DNA from: Thermodesulfovibrionales bacterium
Lineage (GTDB): Bacteria > Nitrospirota > Thermodesulfovibrionia > Thermodesulfovibrionales > UBA6898
NCBI GenBank assembly: GCA_044450345.1
Contig: JBIOIY010000001.1
Span: forward strand, 183,009-247,008
DNA: 64,000 bases
Reading direction: 5' to 3'
The position numbers were made by a program, and so were the translations under genes. Under the pieces are notes generated by a model. It was not told the origin of the DNA and ran no database searches. It was given only the letters and a program-made list of their open reading frames with translations. Positions 48,478 through 57,625 of this stretch are shown here, piece after piece (the first letter of the stretch is position 1; every line of letters starts with the position of its first letter).

Positions 48478-48508
48478 CAAACAACTTGTCCGGTTGTGCA
48501 CCGCATGC

Positions 48509-49015
48509 TCATTGTCTCTTGATCATCTTCATCGTCTCACGCATGAAAGCCGCAAGGTCCGACGGCTGGCGCGAGGTAACGAGATTCCCGTCCACGACCA
48601 CCTCTCTGTCTTCATAAAGGGCCCCTGCTTCTTTCATCTCCGGAGCTACAGATTTATAACAGGTGGCATGCCTGCCCTTAAGAAGGCCCGCCGTTATCAG
48701 TAATTGAGGGCCATGGCATATAGCCGAGACCGGCTTGTTCTCCCTGAAAAAAAGACGGGCTATCCCGACCGCGGTCCTCTCCCTTCTTATCGCTTCCGGC
48801 GCCTTGCCGCCGGGGAGGATGAGGAGATGGTATTCCTCCGGGTCAACCTCTTCAACAGTCTTGCTTACCTCTATCTCGTAGCCGTGTTTGCCTTTTATCC
48901 GGCCTTTTTTCATGGAAGCGATATCCACCTCGATCCCCTCTTCCTTCAGCCGATAATAAGGCACAAGAAGTTCCAAATCCTCAAAGTTATCTGCGCTGAT
49001 CATCAAAGCCTTCAT
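48509..49015 (-). CDS. PfpI/DJ-1 family protein
   Basis: FEDLE, LPGG, AICHGP, VVVDGNLVTSR. Confidence 0.92.
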   Translation of the reverse strand: MKALMISADNFEDLELLVPYYRLKEEGIEVDIASMKKGRIKGKHGYEIEVSKTVEEVDPEEYHLLILPGGKAPEAIRRERTAVGIARLFFRENKPVSAICHGPQLLITAGLLKGRHATCYKSVAPEMKEAGALYEDREVVVDGNLVTSRQPSDLAAFMRETMKMIKRQ

Positions 49016-49246
49016 AGACTCATCCCCTTTTTTAAAGGGTATCACAGAAGAAAGAATTGTCAATCGCCCGGAACATGGCTGGAACATGGAGAGGGGGGAA
49101 ACGCTACATATCACGGGCCATGTGGACCCCGGAGGGGCTTTCTTCGGGCCGTTTCATTTTTGCCGCAGCCATAAACCTGGCTTTGTCGCATTATCGCGTC
49201 AAGGTGTTATAATTTTTGTAATAATGCTTTCAACGCAGATCCGGAT

Positions 49247-50137
49247 ATGAACGAAGACAAAATATATGATTGCCTTATCGTCGGAGCAGGCCCCGGCGGC
49301 TTGCAGGCGGCCATCTATCTGGGACGATATAACCGCACTGTAATGCTCATAGACAGAGGGGGCGGGAGGACATGGCACGCAAAACACATCGAGAATTTTC
49401 TCACCCAGAGGGCCATTTCCGGCCGGGAGATCATACGGATCGGGATGGAGCAGGCAGCGAGTTTCAATGTGAAGATCGAAAGAGGCCTGGTCACGCAAAT
49501 CCTCAAGAACGAATATTTCGAGGTATCAACCGCGGAAAAGCGGTACCTGGGGAAATTCGTAATCGTGTCTACCGGCGCCTATGACAACCTGCCGCCTGTG
49601 GAGAACATCCACAAGTTTCTGGGCACCTATTTCTTTACCTGCATCGACTGCGACGGATACCGTACTACGGGGAAGAAACTCATCATCCTCGGCAACTCTC
49701 TGAAGACAGTTCACCTGGCGTTCGGCATGAAAGAGATGTTCACGCAAGACATCACACTCGTCCTGTATTTTCATACGCCGCCCGAGGCATATATCGAAAC
49801 GCTCAGGGAGGAGAACATCCGTCTGATCATGGGCCGCCCGGATAAGATCATAGGAGACAATAAGATCGAGGCCGTCGAACTTCAAGACGGCACGCGCATC
49901 GAATGCGAGGTGATCATGTCCAACTTAGGGTATAAATTGAACGATTCATTTCTAGACGGACTGAAACTCAGGAAGGACGGTGACAATTTCAAATATATAA
50001 CCGACCGCAACTATGAATCATCATTAAGCGGGCTCTATATCCTGGGTCCCCTGACCGGCAACGACCAGGCGATCATCGCGGCAGGAGAAGGCGCCTCGGC
50101 CGCGATCGATATAAAAAAGAGGCTCCTCGATCATTAA
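49247..50137 (+). CDS. Thioredoxin reductase-like FAD-dependent oxidoreductase
   Basis: IVGAGPGG, STGA, CIDCDG, AAGEG. Confidence 0.85.
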   Translation: MNEDKIYDCLIVGAGPGGLQAAIYLGRYNRTVMLIDRGGGRTWHAKHIENFLTQRAISGREIIRIGMEQAASFNVKIERGLVTQILKNEYFEVSTAEKRYLGKFVIVSTGAYDNLPPVENIHKFLGTYFFTCIDCDGYRTTGKKLIILGNSLKTVHLAFGMKEMFTQDITLVLYFHTPPEAYIETLREENIRLIMGRPDKIIGDNKIEAVELQDGTRIECEVIMSNLGYKLNDSFLDGLKLRKDGDNFKYITDRNYESSLSGLYILGPLTGNDQAIIAAGEGASAAIDIKKRLLDH

Positions 50138-50147
50138 GTCCGGCCCT

Positions 50148-50753
50148 TCAGTGCAGGAAGGGGACCTTGAATATCAGGAGATAGCCGTTGAGCGAAAGGA
50201 TGCCGCCCACCACCGCAGAGACCAGTGAAAAAACAAATACAGCATGGGAAGAGGATAAGATCGCGATGGACGCAAGGACGATTGAAATCTGCAGGAGCAC
50301 CTCGGCAAAGTCGAAATAGGGGTCTTTCCCCCTGTTGATATCCCGTTCAGACTCCAGCTTTCTCGCCTCCTGTTCGATCGGAAGCTTCTCTTTCCTGTAA
50401 CGCCCCTCTTCCTCTCCGATCTTACTTATCAGCTCCTCATAATGTTTCCGTGCCTCCGGGGTCATTGATTTTCCCCTCTCGACGAGGATAGCCTCCATCT
50501 GCATCTTCTGCGTCCTGTAAAGGTGTTCCCTCATGACCTTGGATTGGTAGAATGCCCACTGGTCCGACGACTGCTGCTGGGCAAGGAGCATCTCCTTCAT
50601 CGCGTTGTTGCCTCCCAAAGAAGAGATGGCAAGAACAACTGCATAAATAGCGGTGGTAAGGGCCACCCGCTTTGTAAATTTTTTGCCCTTAACCTCTTCA
50701 AGCTCTTCGATATCGGGAAGTTCGACTTCAGCCATATCCTTACTATCCTCCAC
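50148..50753 (-). CDS. DUF4337-like membrane protein
   Basis: VALTTA, SDQWAFYQSK, LLQISIVLAS. Confidence 0.8.
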   Translation of the reverse strand: MEDSKDMAEVELPDIEELEEVKGKKFTKRVALTTAIYAVVLAISSLGGNNAMKEMLLAQQQSSDQWAFYQSKVMREHLYRTQKMQMEAILVERGKSMTPEARKHYEELISKIGEEEGRYRKEKLPIEQEARKLESERDINRGKDPYFDFAEVLLQISIVLASIAILSSSHAVFVFSLVSAVVGGILSLNGYLLIFKVPFLH

Positions 50754-50957
50754 TTTTTACCCGGGTTCCTCAACCCTCAGATTATATTATCATATCGAAC
50801 CTCAATTTCACAGAACCCGGACTCCGCCGGACCCATTCCTGCACAAGCGCAGCTGCCAGCTTGCGGCCCATACAATAACTGGTATACTCATAATCAAGTG
50901 GTAATTGATTAAAGATCCATACAGAAAAGTATTTAGATTTGCATTATCGGAGGCGTC

Positions 50958-51593
50958 ATGAATTCGAAAGAAAAGTTACTCGAAATTGTAAAGAGGCTCA
51001 AAAAAGAATATCCGAATCCCACGACGGCCCTGCGCTTCAGGTCACCCTTCGAACTTCTCGTGGCAACTGTGCTCTCGGCGCAGACTACCGATGTGCATGT
51101 AAACAAGGTGACCGAAGCCCTTTTCAGGAGATACAAGACAATAAATGAGTACTCGGAGGTTCCGCTTGAGGCCCTTAGAAAGGATTTGAGTTCGATAAAC
51201 TTCTATAATAACAAAGCAAAGAACATCCAGGCCTCGGCAAGGATGATCATAGAAAAATTCAATTCGAAGGTACCAAAGACGATGGAGGAACTCACGTCCC
51301 TTCCGGGCGTAGCAAGAAAGACCGCGAATATCATTCTCTCAAACGCATACGGAATCAATGAAGGAATAGCCGTCGACACCCACGTCAGGAGACTCTCCCT
51401 GCGCCTGGGCCTTACGAAAAACGAAGACCCTGTAAAAATAGAAAAAGACCTTCTGGCGATAACGCCGAAGGAGGATTGGGGGACCTTGACACATCTTCTG
51501 ATCTTTCACGGGAGAAATATATGCCAGGCGAAGAAGCCGAAACACGGCGAATGCATTCTCTACGATCTCTGCCCATCCAGGGATATTCAATAA
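50958..51593 (+). CDS. nth: Endonuclease III
   Basis: LLVATVLSAQ, LPGVARKTAN, VDTHV, C-terminal Fe-S region (second Cys appears as His: CQAKKPKHGECILYDLC). Confidence 0.95.
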   Translation: MNSKEKLLEIVKRLKKEYPNPTTALRFRSPFELLVATVLSAQTTDVHVNKVTEALFRRYKTINEYSEVPLEALRKDLSSINFYNNKAKNIQASARMIIEKFNSKVPKTMEELTSLPGVARKTANIILSNAYGINEGIAVDTHVRRLSLRLGLTKNEDPVKIEKDLLAITPKEDWGTLTHLLIFHGRNICQAKKPKHGECILYDLCPSRDIQ

Positions 51594-51642
51594 CTCTATG
51601 TAGGCCGTTACCCTCAGCCAGGGAATGCCCTCATCCCAGGCT

Positions 51643-52050
51643 TCATTCGGTCACATCGAGTACGCCTTCCATGCCTCGTTCCTTGTGGCTCTTGAAGAAC
51701 AGGAACTTCTTGTCGCAGAAGAAGGGATATTTACCGACCCTGGTTGCGGTGAATTTTATCACCTTTGGCTCGGCACTTAAAGGCTCCTTTATGCGAAGTC
51801 CGGCTTCCGGTGCGTCAATAACAAAAGCATGAGGAGTGATCTCGGCCTCTTTTTTGACCGTCACCTCGACCGGGACATTGACCCTTACCACAACATAATC
51901 GGGATCAAAAAAGAATGAGCCGGCAAAGATGGCGACCCTCTGAATGCCGTCCTTATCGATAGCAGTTTTAAAAACCTTCTTTTCCTTTTCGGCAGCAAGC
52001 GCCATCCCCGCAAGAAGGAGGATGGTCACAATACAATTGATGATTCTCAT
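51643..52050 (-). CDS. Cupredoxin domain protein
   Basis: Signal peptide, FFDP, PH, GKYPFFC...H...GM.G. Confidence 0.85.
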   Translation of the reverse strand: MRIINCIVTILLLAGMALAAEKEKKVFKTAIDKDGIQRVAIFAGSFFFDPDYVVVRVNVPVEVTVKKEAEITPHAFVIDAPEAGLRIKEPLSAEPKVIKFTATRVGKYPFFCDKKFLFFKSHKERGMEGVLDVTE

Positions 52051-52211
52051 AGCCACTCCTTTTTCCGCGTTATTCTTTCTCCCCATGCTACTACATCCTC
52101 CGACGTTGTCAACCGAAAGCGCGACAGTCGCCTTGACAATCTCTCCCTGCGTGGTACTCTTTTAGTAGAAAACTTTCTTAAAGGACTCGTAAAGAGAGGA
52201 GACCGAGAGAC

Positions 52212-52658
52212 ATGAACATGAAGGAATACTATGAGCTCTTCAGATATCTCATCGAGCAGCGACGTCTTCGTCAGGATGACATCGCCTTTGTGGAAGACAT
52301 ATCGGTCTGGTGCAGAGAACACGACATACCTGAACAGGACAAGGAGAAGCCCCTGAAACTGATTTCGGAAGACGGCCGGGGACGTAAGATGATGATCAAG
52401 GAGAATGTGCCTGAAGAGATCATCGACGAAAGGATACATGCGGTCAGGATAAGAAATCAGGTGGTAAACGCGGCTTTCAGCAAAGCCGATATGCTCGACA
52501 CCGTCCATAAAAAACTGGCATTTCTCTTCCTCGACGAATTCGCCTACGGCCTCCCTGAAGTTGACGACGACCTCCTCGCAGACAACTGGGCCTTTGAAGA
52601 GATGGAGAGACTCGGGTATTTCAAGACTCAAAACGAAAAAGGGTTGAAGCAGGCCTGA
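52212..52658 (+). CDS. Hypothetical protein
   Basis: 148-aa ORF with RBS-like GAGGAG upstream; no family recognised. Confidence 0.65.
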   Translation: MNMKEYYELFRYLIEQRRLRQDDIAFVEDISVWCREHDIPEQDKEKPLKLISEDGRGRKMMIKENVPEEIIDERIHAVRIRNQVVNAAFSKADMLDTVHKKLAFLFLDEFAYGLPEVDDDLLADNWAFEEMERLGYFKTQNEKGLKQA

Positions 52659-52661
52659 TTT

Positions 52662-53111
52662 ATGCCGCATTTCGGCTTGATGAACACCGAGGACAGCTTT
52701 AAGTCCGAAGAAGGCGCCCTGCTCCGCGCCAGACTCCATATCCGCGCGGGCAGGAGGCGGTTGCGCCAGGGCAAGATATCATCGGGTATCGTTACGTTGT
52801 ACGATGCACTCCTCTTCGCAATGGAGTCATATATAATGTCCCCCCAGCGCAGGGAGGGACTTGACATCAGGGAAGGCGAAGACCTGAAAAACGACAGGAC
52901 GCTTTACACCGTGCTCACGCGTTCAGGTGTGCTCGACGGCAAGTTCGACTATGAGACATTCGACAAGCTGATAGATAAAGAGAGCCCCGAGGAAATGCCC
53001 GGGTACGATTATAAGTGGATATTAGAAGGCGTGGAATCGGTGATGACCCAGCTCGGAGTGATGCCCTTTGACGAGGCTGCGCTCCCTCCGGAAGACCCAA
53101 AGACGTTTTAG
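52662..53111 (+). CDS. Hypothetical protein
   Basis: 149-aa ORF 3 nt after previous; MPHFGLM...RARLHIR..RRRL. Confidence 0.7.
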   Translation: MPHFGLMNTEDSFKSEEGALLRARLHIRAGRRRLRQGKISSGIVTLYDALLFAMESYIMSPQRREGLDIREGEDLKNDRTLYTVLTRSGVLDGKFDYETFDKLIDKESPEEMPGYDYKWILEGVESVMTQLGVMPFDEAALPPEDPKTF

Positions 53112-53207
53112 CCTCTTTAAAGAATATCAGACGCATTATTGTACGTCGATGTCTCGAACACTCACCCTCTCTTGGCACTATCACAAACTGCCTTGCCTTT
53201 TGCGTAA

Positions 53208-54113
53208 CTACTCAAACAAGGCCCGTACAAAGTCCTCGGGGATAAAGTCCTGAAGGTCATCTATCCCCTCGCCAACGCCGATGAGCTTTACCGGTATGTT
53301 CAGTTCTTTCTTGATTGCAAAGACAATCCCGCCTTTTGCGGTTCCGTCGAGCTTCGTCAGTGCAATACCCGTTACGCCGATCGCGTCGTTGAACATCTGC
53401 GCCTGCCTCAGGGCGTTCTGTCCGTTGGTGGCGTCAACCACAAGGAGGATCTCATGGGGCGAACCTGCCATCGCCTTTCCACAAACCCTTTTCACCTTTT
53501 TCAGCTCTTCCATAAGGGGACTCTTCGTGTGGAGTCGTCCCGCCGTATCTATTATCACAACGTCGATGCCGCGCGCCTTCGCCGCCTCTATCGCGTCGAA
53601 TACGACCGCCGACGGATCCGACCCGCTCTGGTGTTTCACCACCTGAACTCCGCTCCTCCCTGCCCATATCTCGAGCTGCTCTATAGCTGCAGCCCTGAAG
53701 GTATCTCCCGCGGCCAGCATGACGGTATGTCCCTGATCACGGAACCTGCTTGCAAGCTTGCCGATGGTCGTGGTCTTTCCAACCCCGTTTACCCCGATGG
53801 CGAGTATCACGAAAGGTTTTTCTCCAAAGACCACGAGGGGCTGGGGCCGGCCGAGCATCGAGGTCATCTCTTTCTTCAAAAAGTCCTTGACCGACGCGGC
53901 ATCTTTCATCTCGCCCTTTTCGGCTTTCTCCCTCATATGCCGGACTATCTCATCAGCATTGTTCCCCCCGACATCGGACAGGATAAGAGTCTCCTCCAGT
54001 TCTTCGAGGGTCCCCTCATCGACCGTGCGTCCTGTAAATATAGACTCTACCTTTTCTACAAAACCTTTCTTGGTCTTGTGTAAGCCCTCTTTAAGCCTGT
54101 CGAAAAAACCCAT
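53208..54113 (-). CDS. ftsY: Signal recognition particle receptor FtsY
   Basis: GVNGVGKTTT, DTFRAAA, DTAGR, TKLDGTAKGG. Confidence 0.98.
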   Translation of the reverse strand: MGFFDRLKEGLHKTKKGFVEKVESIFTGRTVDEGTLEELEETLILSDVGGNNADEIVRHMREKAEKGEMKDAASVKDFLKKEMTSMLGRPQPLVVFGEKPFVILAIGVNGVGKTTTIGKLASRFRDQGHTVMLAAGDTFRAAAIEQLEIWAGRSGVQVVKHQSGSDPSAVVFDAIEAAKARGIDVVIIDTAGRLHTKSPLMEELKKVKRVCGKAMAGSPHEILLVVDATNGQNALRQAQMFNDAIGVTGIALTKLDGTAKGGIVFAIKKELNIPVKLIGVGEGIDDLQDFIPEDFVRALFE

Positions 54114-54146
54114 TATGCCGCTCCTGCGCTAAAAAGATGACAAAAA

Positions 54147-54575
54147 CTAAAAAAACTTTCCGCCGGCAAGGATTGCCTTTTTGTCTATTACATAGACATT
54201 TCCTTCCACCCTGCCTTCGAGTTTGATAGGATAACAGCTACCGATGCCTTCTTTCAAATCATTAACCGAATAATTCACGTCGCAGGTCCTGCATATCACA
54301 CGGCTGCCGTCGAGCCTGTATCCGTTTTTTCTCCGGTAACACTTTGCACAGGCATCGAAATATGCCTGGTAAGAGCCGTCCGTTTTCACCACGAAATAGT
54401 TTATCTTGTTTATTCCATCATGGAAGGTGAAAAAAACAGGCTTTTTTTCACCTAAATCATTTAAGGGTATCTCCACACCGGCTCCGTTTAAGGAGGCCTC
54501 CGGATACACAGGTATTTTCGAACATCCACAAAAACAAAGCGCCGTTATAATCAGCATGAACGCAATTCTGCTCAT
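54147..54575 (-). CDS. DUF2318-like Cys-rich lipoprotein
   Basis: Lipobox, DACAKC, ICRTC, GSCYP. Confidence 0.75.
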   Translation of the reverse strand: MSRIAFMLIITALCFCGCSKIPVYPEASLNGAGVEIPLNDLGEKKPVFFTFHDGINKINYFVVKTDGSYQAYFDACAKCYRRKNGYRLDGSRVICRTCDVNYSVNDLKEGIGSCYPIKLEGRVEGNVYVIDKKAILAGGKFF

Positions 54576-54644
54576 GATAAATTGTAAATTCTGCTACTGA
54601 CATTTAGCAACTTTCTCAATTCATCTCTTTAGGTATAATATCCC

Positions 54645-56078
54645 GTGCAGAACTATTACCAGTTTCTCATGCCGCGTCTTAACGGTGAATCCATAAGGAA
54701 GGATTTCGCCCGTCACCTTTCCCTCGTTAAAAAGGGCATCGCGGGCTTCATAGTATTCGGCGGCAGGCTTGAAGAATTGAGGAAGTATCTGAGAAGACTT
54801 CAGGAAGAATCCTCACTCCCCCTCATCATCGCATCGGATCTGGAGCGCGGACTCGGCCAGCAGGTGAGGGGTGGAACACTGTTTCCTCCGGCTATGGCCC
54901 TTGCAAAGGCCGCGATAAAAGGCAGGGCGGGGACCGGGTATGACCTGCCCCTGCTCAGGAAAACATTTGCCGCCCTGGCCCGGGAGGCTGCGTATGCAGG
55001 TATTAATACCATATTTGCGCCGGTACTCGATATCAATACTAACCCAAAAAATCCGATCATCGCGACGAGGGCCTTTGGAGAAGACGAAAAGACCGTTTCC
55101 CTCCTCGGTTTGGAGATGATCAGAACACTCCAGAAAAATGGTATCGCCGCCTGCGGAAAACATTTCCCCGGACATGGAGACACCGAAGTCGACTCTCACA
55201 TAAGGCTTCCCGTCGTAAGCCGTGAATTTAAAGACCTGAAAAGCAATGAACTGAAACCTTTCAAAAAAGCGATCTCAAGCGGCGTCGGGATGATCATGCT
55301 CGGTCATCTCTCCGTTCCGGCATTGGACAGATCGGGACTCCCCGTATCGATCTCTAAGACAGCGGTGCAGTTTCTCAGAAAAGAGTTGCACTATGGCGGG
55401 ACAGTGATAACCGATGCAATGAATATGGGAGGCATCGGGAAGTATACCGAAGAAAAGGCATCTTTCATGGCGCTCGCTGCGGGGGTGGACATCATACTTC
55501 ACCCTTCTTCAGCTGAAAAAGTTGTCTCATATTTGAGAGTTAAGAAAAAGGAGTTTAACGTCGATCGCATTGAAAATCTTCGGGGAAGCCTTCTGCGTTT
55601 TCCGGACGAGGACATTCCTCCTTTCGATACCAATAAAAAGCTCTCGGAGACCCTGGCCGGCAAGGCGATTACGTCAATCGGCCGGTTCAGCCTTCGGAGA
55701 CCGCTTCTTCTCGTCATCCTTAACGATGAAGAAGATGAGAAAGGCGCTGCCCTGGCGGGATGCCTGAAGAAAGGCATGAGAGACTTGCGACTTCGGACGA
55801 TAAACCGCGCCTCGAAGCGGAAGATACTATCGCTCCCTGAAAATGTCTCGGTGGTCGTCGCGATATTTTCCGAGACAAAGGGCTGGAAGGGGGGCGCCGG
55901 CGACTGGCTTTACAAGGCAGTTTCCAGGCTTGAGAAAAAGGCAGCGTTGTTTATATCGTTTGGAAGCCCGTATCTCCTTAATGGGATCAGAGGCGCCGCC
56001 AAGATCTCGGCATATTGGGACTCCGAATACGCGCAGGAAGCAGTCGCCCGCATAATGCTGAAAAAATATAAAGGCTGA
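54645..56078 (+). CDS. Glycoside hydrolase family 3 beta-N-acetylglucosaminidase (NagZ-like)
   Basis: SDLERG, APVLD, RAFG, KHFPGHGDTEVDSH, ITDAMNM. Confidence 0.88.
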   Translation: MQNYYQFLMPRLNGESIRKDFARHLSLVKKGIAGFIVFGGRLEELRKYLRRLQEESSLPLIIASDLERGLGQQVRGGTLFPPAMALAKAAIKGRAGTGYDLPLLRKTFAALAREAAYAGINTIFAPVLDINTNPKNPIIATRAFGEDEKTVSLLGLEMIRTLQKNGIAACGKHFPGHGDTEVDSHIRLPVVSREFKDLKSNELKPFKKAISSGVGMIMLGHLSVPALDRSGLPVSISKTAVQFLRKELHYGGTVITDAMNMGGIGKYTEEKASFMALAAGVDIILHPSSAEKVVSYLRVKKKEFNVDRIENLRGSLLRFPDEDIPPFDTNKKLSETLAGKAITSIGRFSLRRPLLLVILNDEEDEKGAALAGCLKKGMRDLRLRTINRASKRKILSLPENVSVVVAIFSETKGWKGGAGDWLYKAVSRLEKKAALFISFGSPYLLNGIRGAAKISAYWDSEYAQEAVARIMLKKYKG

Positions 56079-56135
56079 CGCGGCACCGACAAATTTCCCT
56101 CGACTGATGCATTTGCTCAAAAAAAGTCCTATAAT

Positions 56136-56663
56136 TTGACTATGTCCCTGGGAAGAATAAAAATAATCATCCTAATGGGAATAGTCTGCATAGGCTCCTG
56201 CACCGGACCCCGGTATCTCAAGAGTGTCATTACGGGTCCTGAGGAGATAACAGGAACGTGTGATCTGTTTCTTTACGGCCACAGGTATGCTGACGACTTT
56301 AAAAATGTCGCCTTCCTCATACCCGGTGGAGGGAAATACGCCTTCGAGCTATACGCACCCGAATTCGATTACCATGTCAGGAAAGGTCTCTTTGCGGGTA
56401 CCGCCGCGGAAGAGGCCGAGCAGTTCGTCAGATTTCATTATTCCTTCCAGCGCTCCCAATGGAACAAGATACTTGATCAAGAGGGGAATGTGATCGTCTA
56501 TGAGTTGAGGCCGATATATTCGACCCTCGACTTTTCATACGGCGATGTTCTTGATGTGCATTACCTCATCAAAGGCGATAAAGTAATTGCGACAGTCGGC
56601 CTGAAGCCCGAGATTGAGGAACGGCCGCCCGAACCATTTCTTCTCAGACCCAGGGTGAAATAA
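56136..56663 (+). CDS. Hypothetical lipoprotein
   Basis: Lipobox-like IGSC after hydrophobic stretch; stop overlaps next start. Confidence 0.65.
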   Translation: MTMSLGRIKIIILMGIVCIGSCTGPRYLKSVITGPEEITGTCDLFLYGHRYADDFKNVAFLIPGGGKYAFELYAPEFDYHVRKGLFAGTAAEEAEQFVRFHYSFQRSQWNKILDQEGNVIVYELRPIYSTLDFSYGDVLDVHYLIKGDKVIATVGLKPEIEERPPEPFLLRPRVK

Positions 56664-57625
56664 TGAAGACGCTCGTCACCGGAGGGACAGGATTTATAGG
56701 GAGCGGGGTGGTAGATCTTCTTTTGCGTGACGGACATTCGGTTCGACTCCTTTCGAGAAGACACGAACTTCCCGAAGGGCTGAAGGGGATGGACGTGGAG
56801 ATTTTTTACGGTGACCTCAAGGACTATGCCTCGGTGATGCAGGCTATGGACGGAATGGATCTCTTTTTCCACATCGGGGAGATTAAGAATATCACTGAAG
56901 CGGCTTCTCTCAATAACGTAAAGCTTATCGAGCGGATACTTACTGCCATGGCAGAGAGGGAGATGAGACGTCTCATATTCGTAAGCTCCCTCACCGTTGC
57001 AGGCATACCGTCTGTGATACCTGCAAACGAGGATACTCAGCCTGAAACGATCCTGGAAGACCATTACACGTCGTATAAAAGAGAAAGTGAGAAGCTCATC
57101 ATTAATGCAATACCCGGCAGATACGTTATTCTCAGGCCCTCTGCGGTCTATGGTCCGGGCTCCAGATACCTCGGCAATTTCATACGTGCAGTCGATAAAT
57201 TCGGCCCCATCGGCTTTCCTTTTATCGGAAACGCGAAGAACCTGGCACCGCTCATTTACGTAAAAGACCTCGCAAAGGCGATTTATCTTTCCGGCCTTCT
57301 CCCCTCCGCCGCGGGGCAGGTATTCAACCTGACCGACGGCTTTCGCCACAGCTGGCTGGATTTTCTGAACACGGTGGCCGAACTCCTCGGCAGAAAGTTG
57401 AGGGTCATGCCGATCCCTCCGCTTCTTCTGAAGATTCCTGCCATTCCGATTGACATCCTGTCAGGGATGATCGGCATCAAGATGGATCCGGTCCATTATG
57501 TGAATTATTTTTCAAAGGACCTCTTCTTCGACAACTCAAAGGCGATGCACCTCCTGAACTGGCGGCCTGAGTTTTCCCTCACTGACGGGGTAAAAGAGAT
57601 GGTAAGGTTTTACCGGGGTGCATAA
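56663..57625 (+). CDS. NAD-dependent epimerase/dehydratase family protein
   Basis: TGGTGFIG, YTSYK, LRP..VYGPG. Confidence 0.9.
   Translation: MKTLVTGGTGFIGSGVVDLLLRDGHSVRLLSRRHELPEGLKGMDVEIFYGDLKDYASVMQAMDGMDLFFHIGEIKNITEAASLNNVKLIERILTAMAEREMRRLIFVSSLTVAGIPSVIPANEDTQPETILEDHYTSYKRESEKLIINAIPGRYVILRPSAVYGPGSRYLGNFIRAVDKFGPIGFPFIGNAKNLAPLIYVKDLAKAIYLSGLLPSAAGQVFNLTDGFRHSWLDFLNTVAELLGRKLRVMPIPPLLLKIPAIPIDILSGMIGIKMDPVHYVNYFSKDLFFDNSKAMHLLNWRPEFSLTDGVKEMVRFYRGA

Noticed and set aside
52047..52739. 230-aa minus-strand ORF
   Set aside because: Antisense to two plus-strand genes with better start signals.
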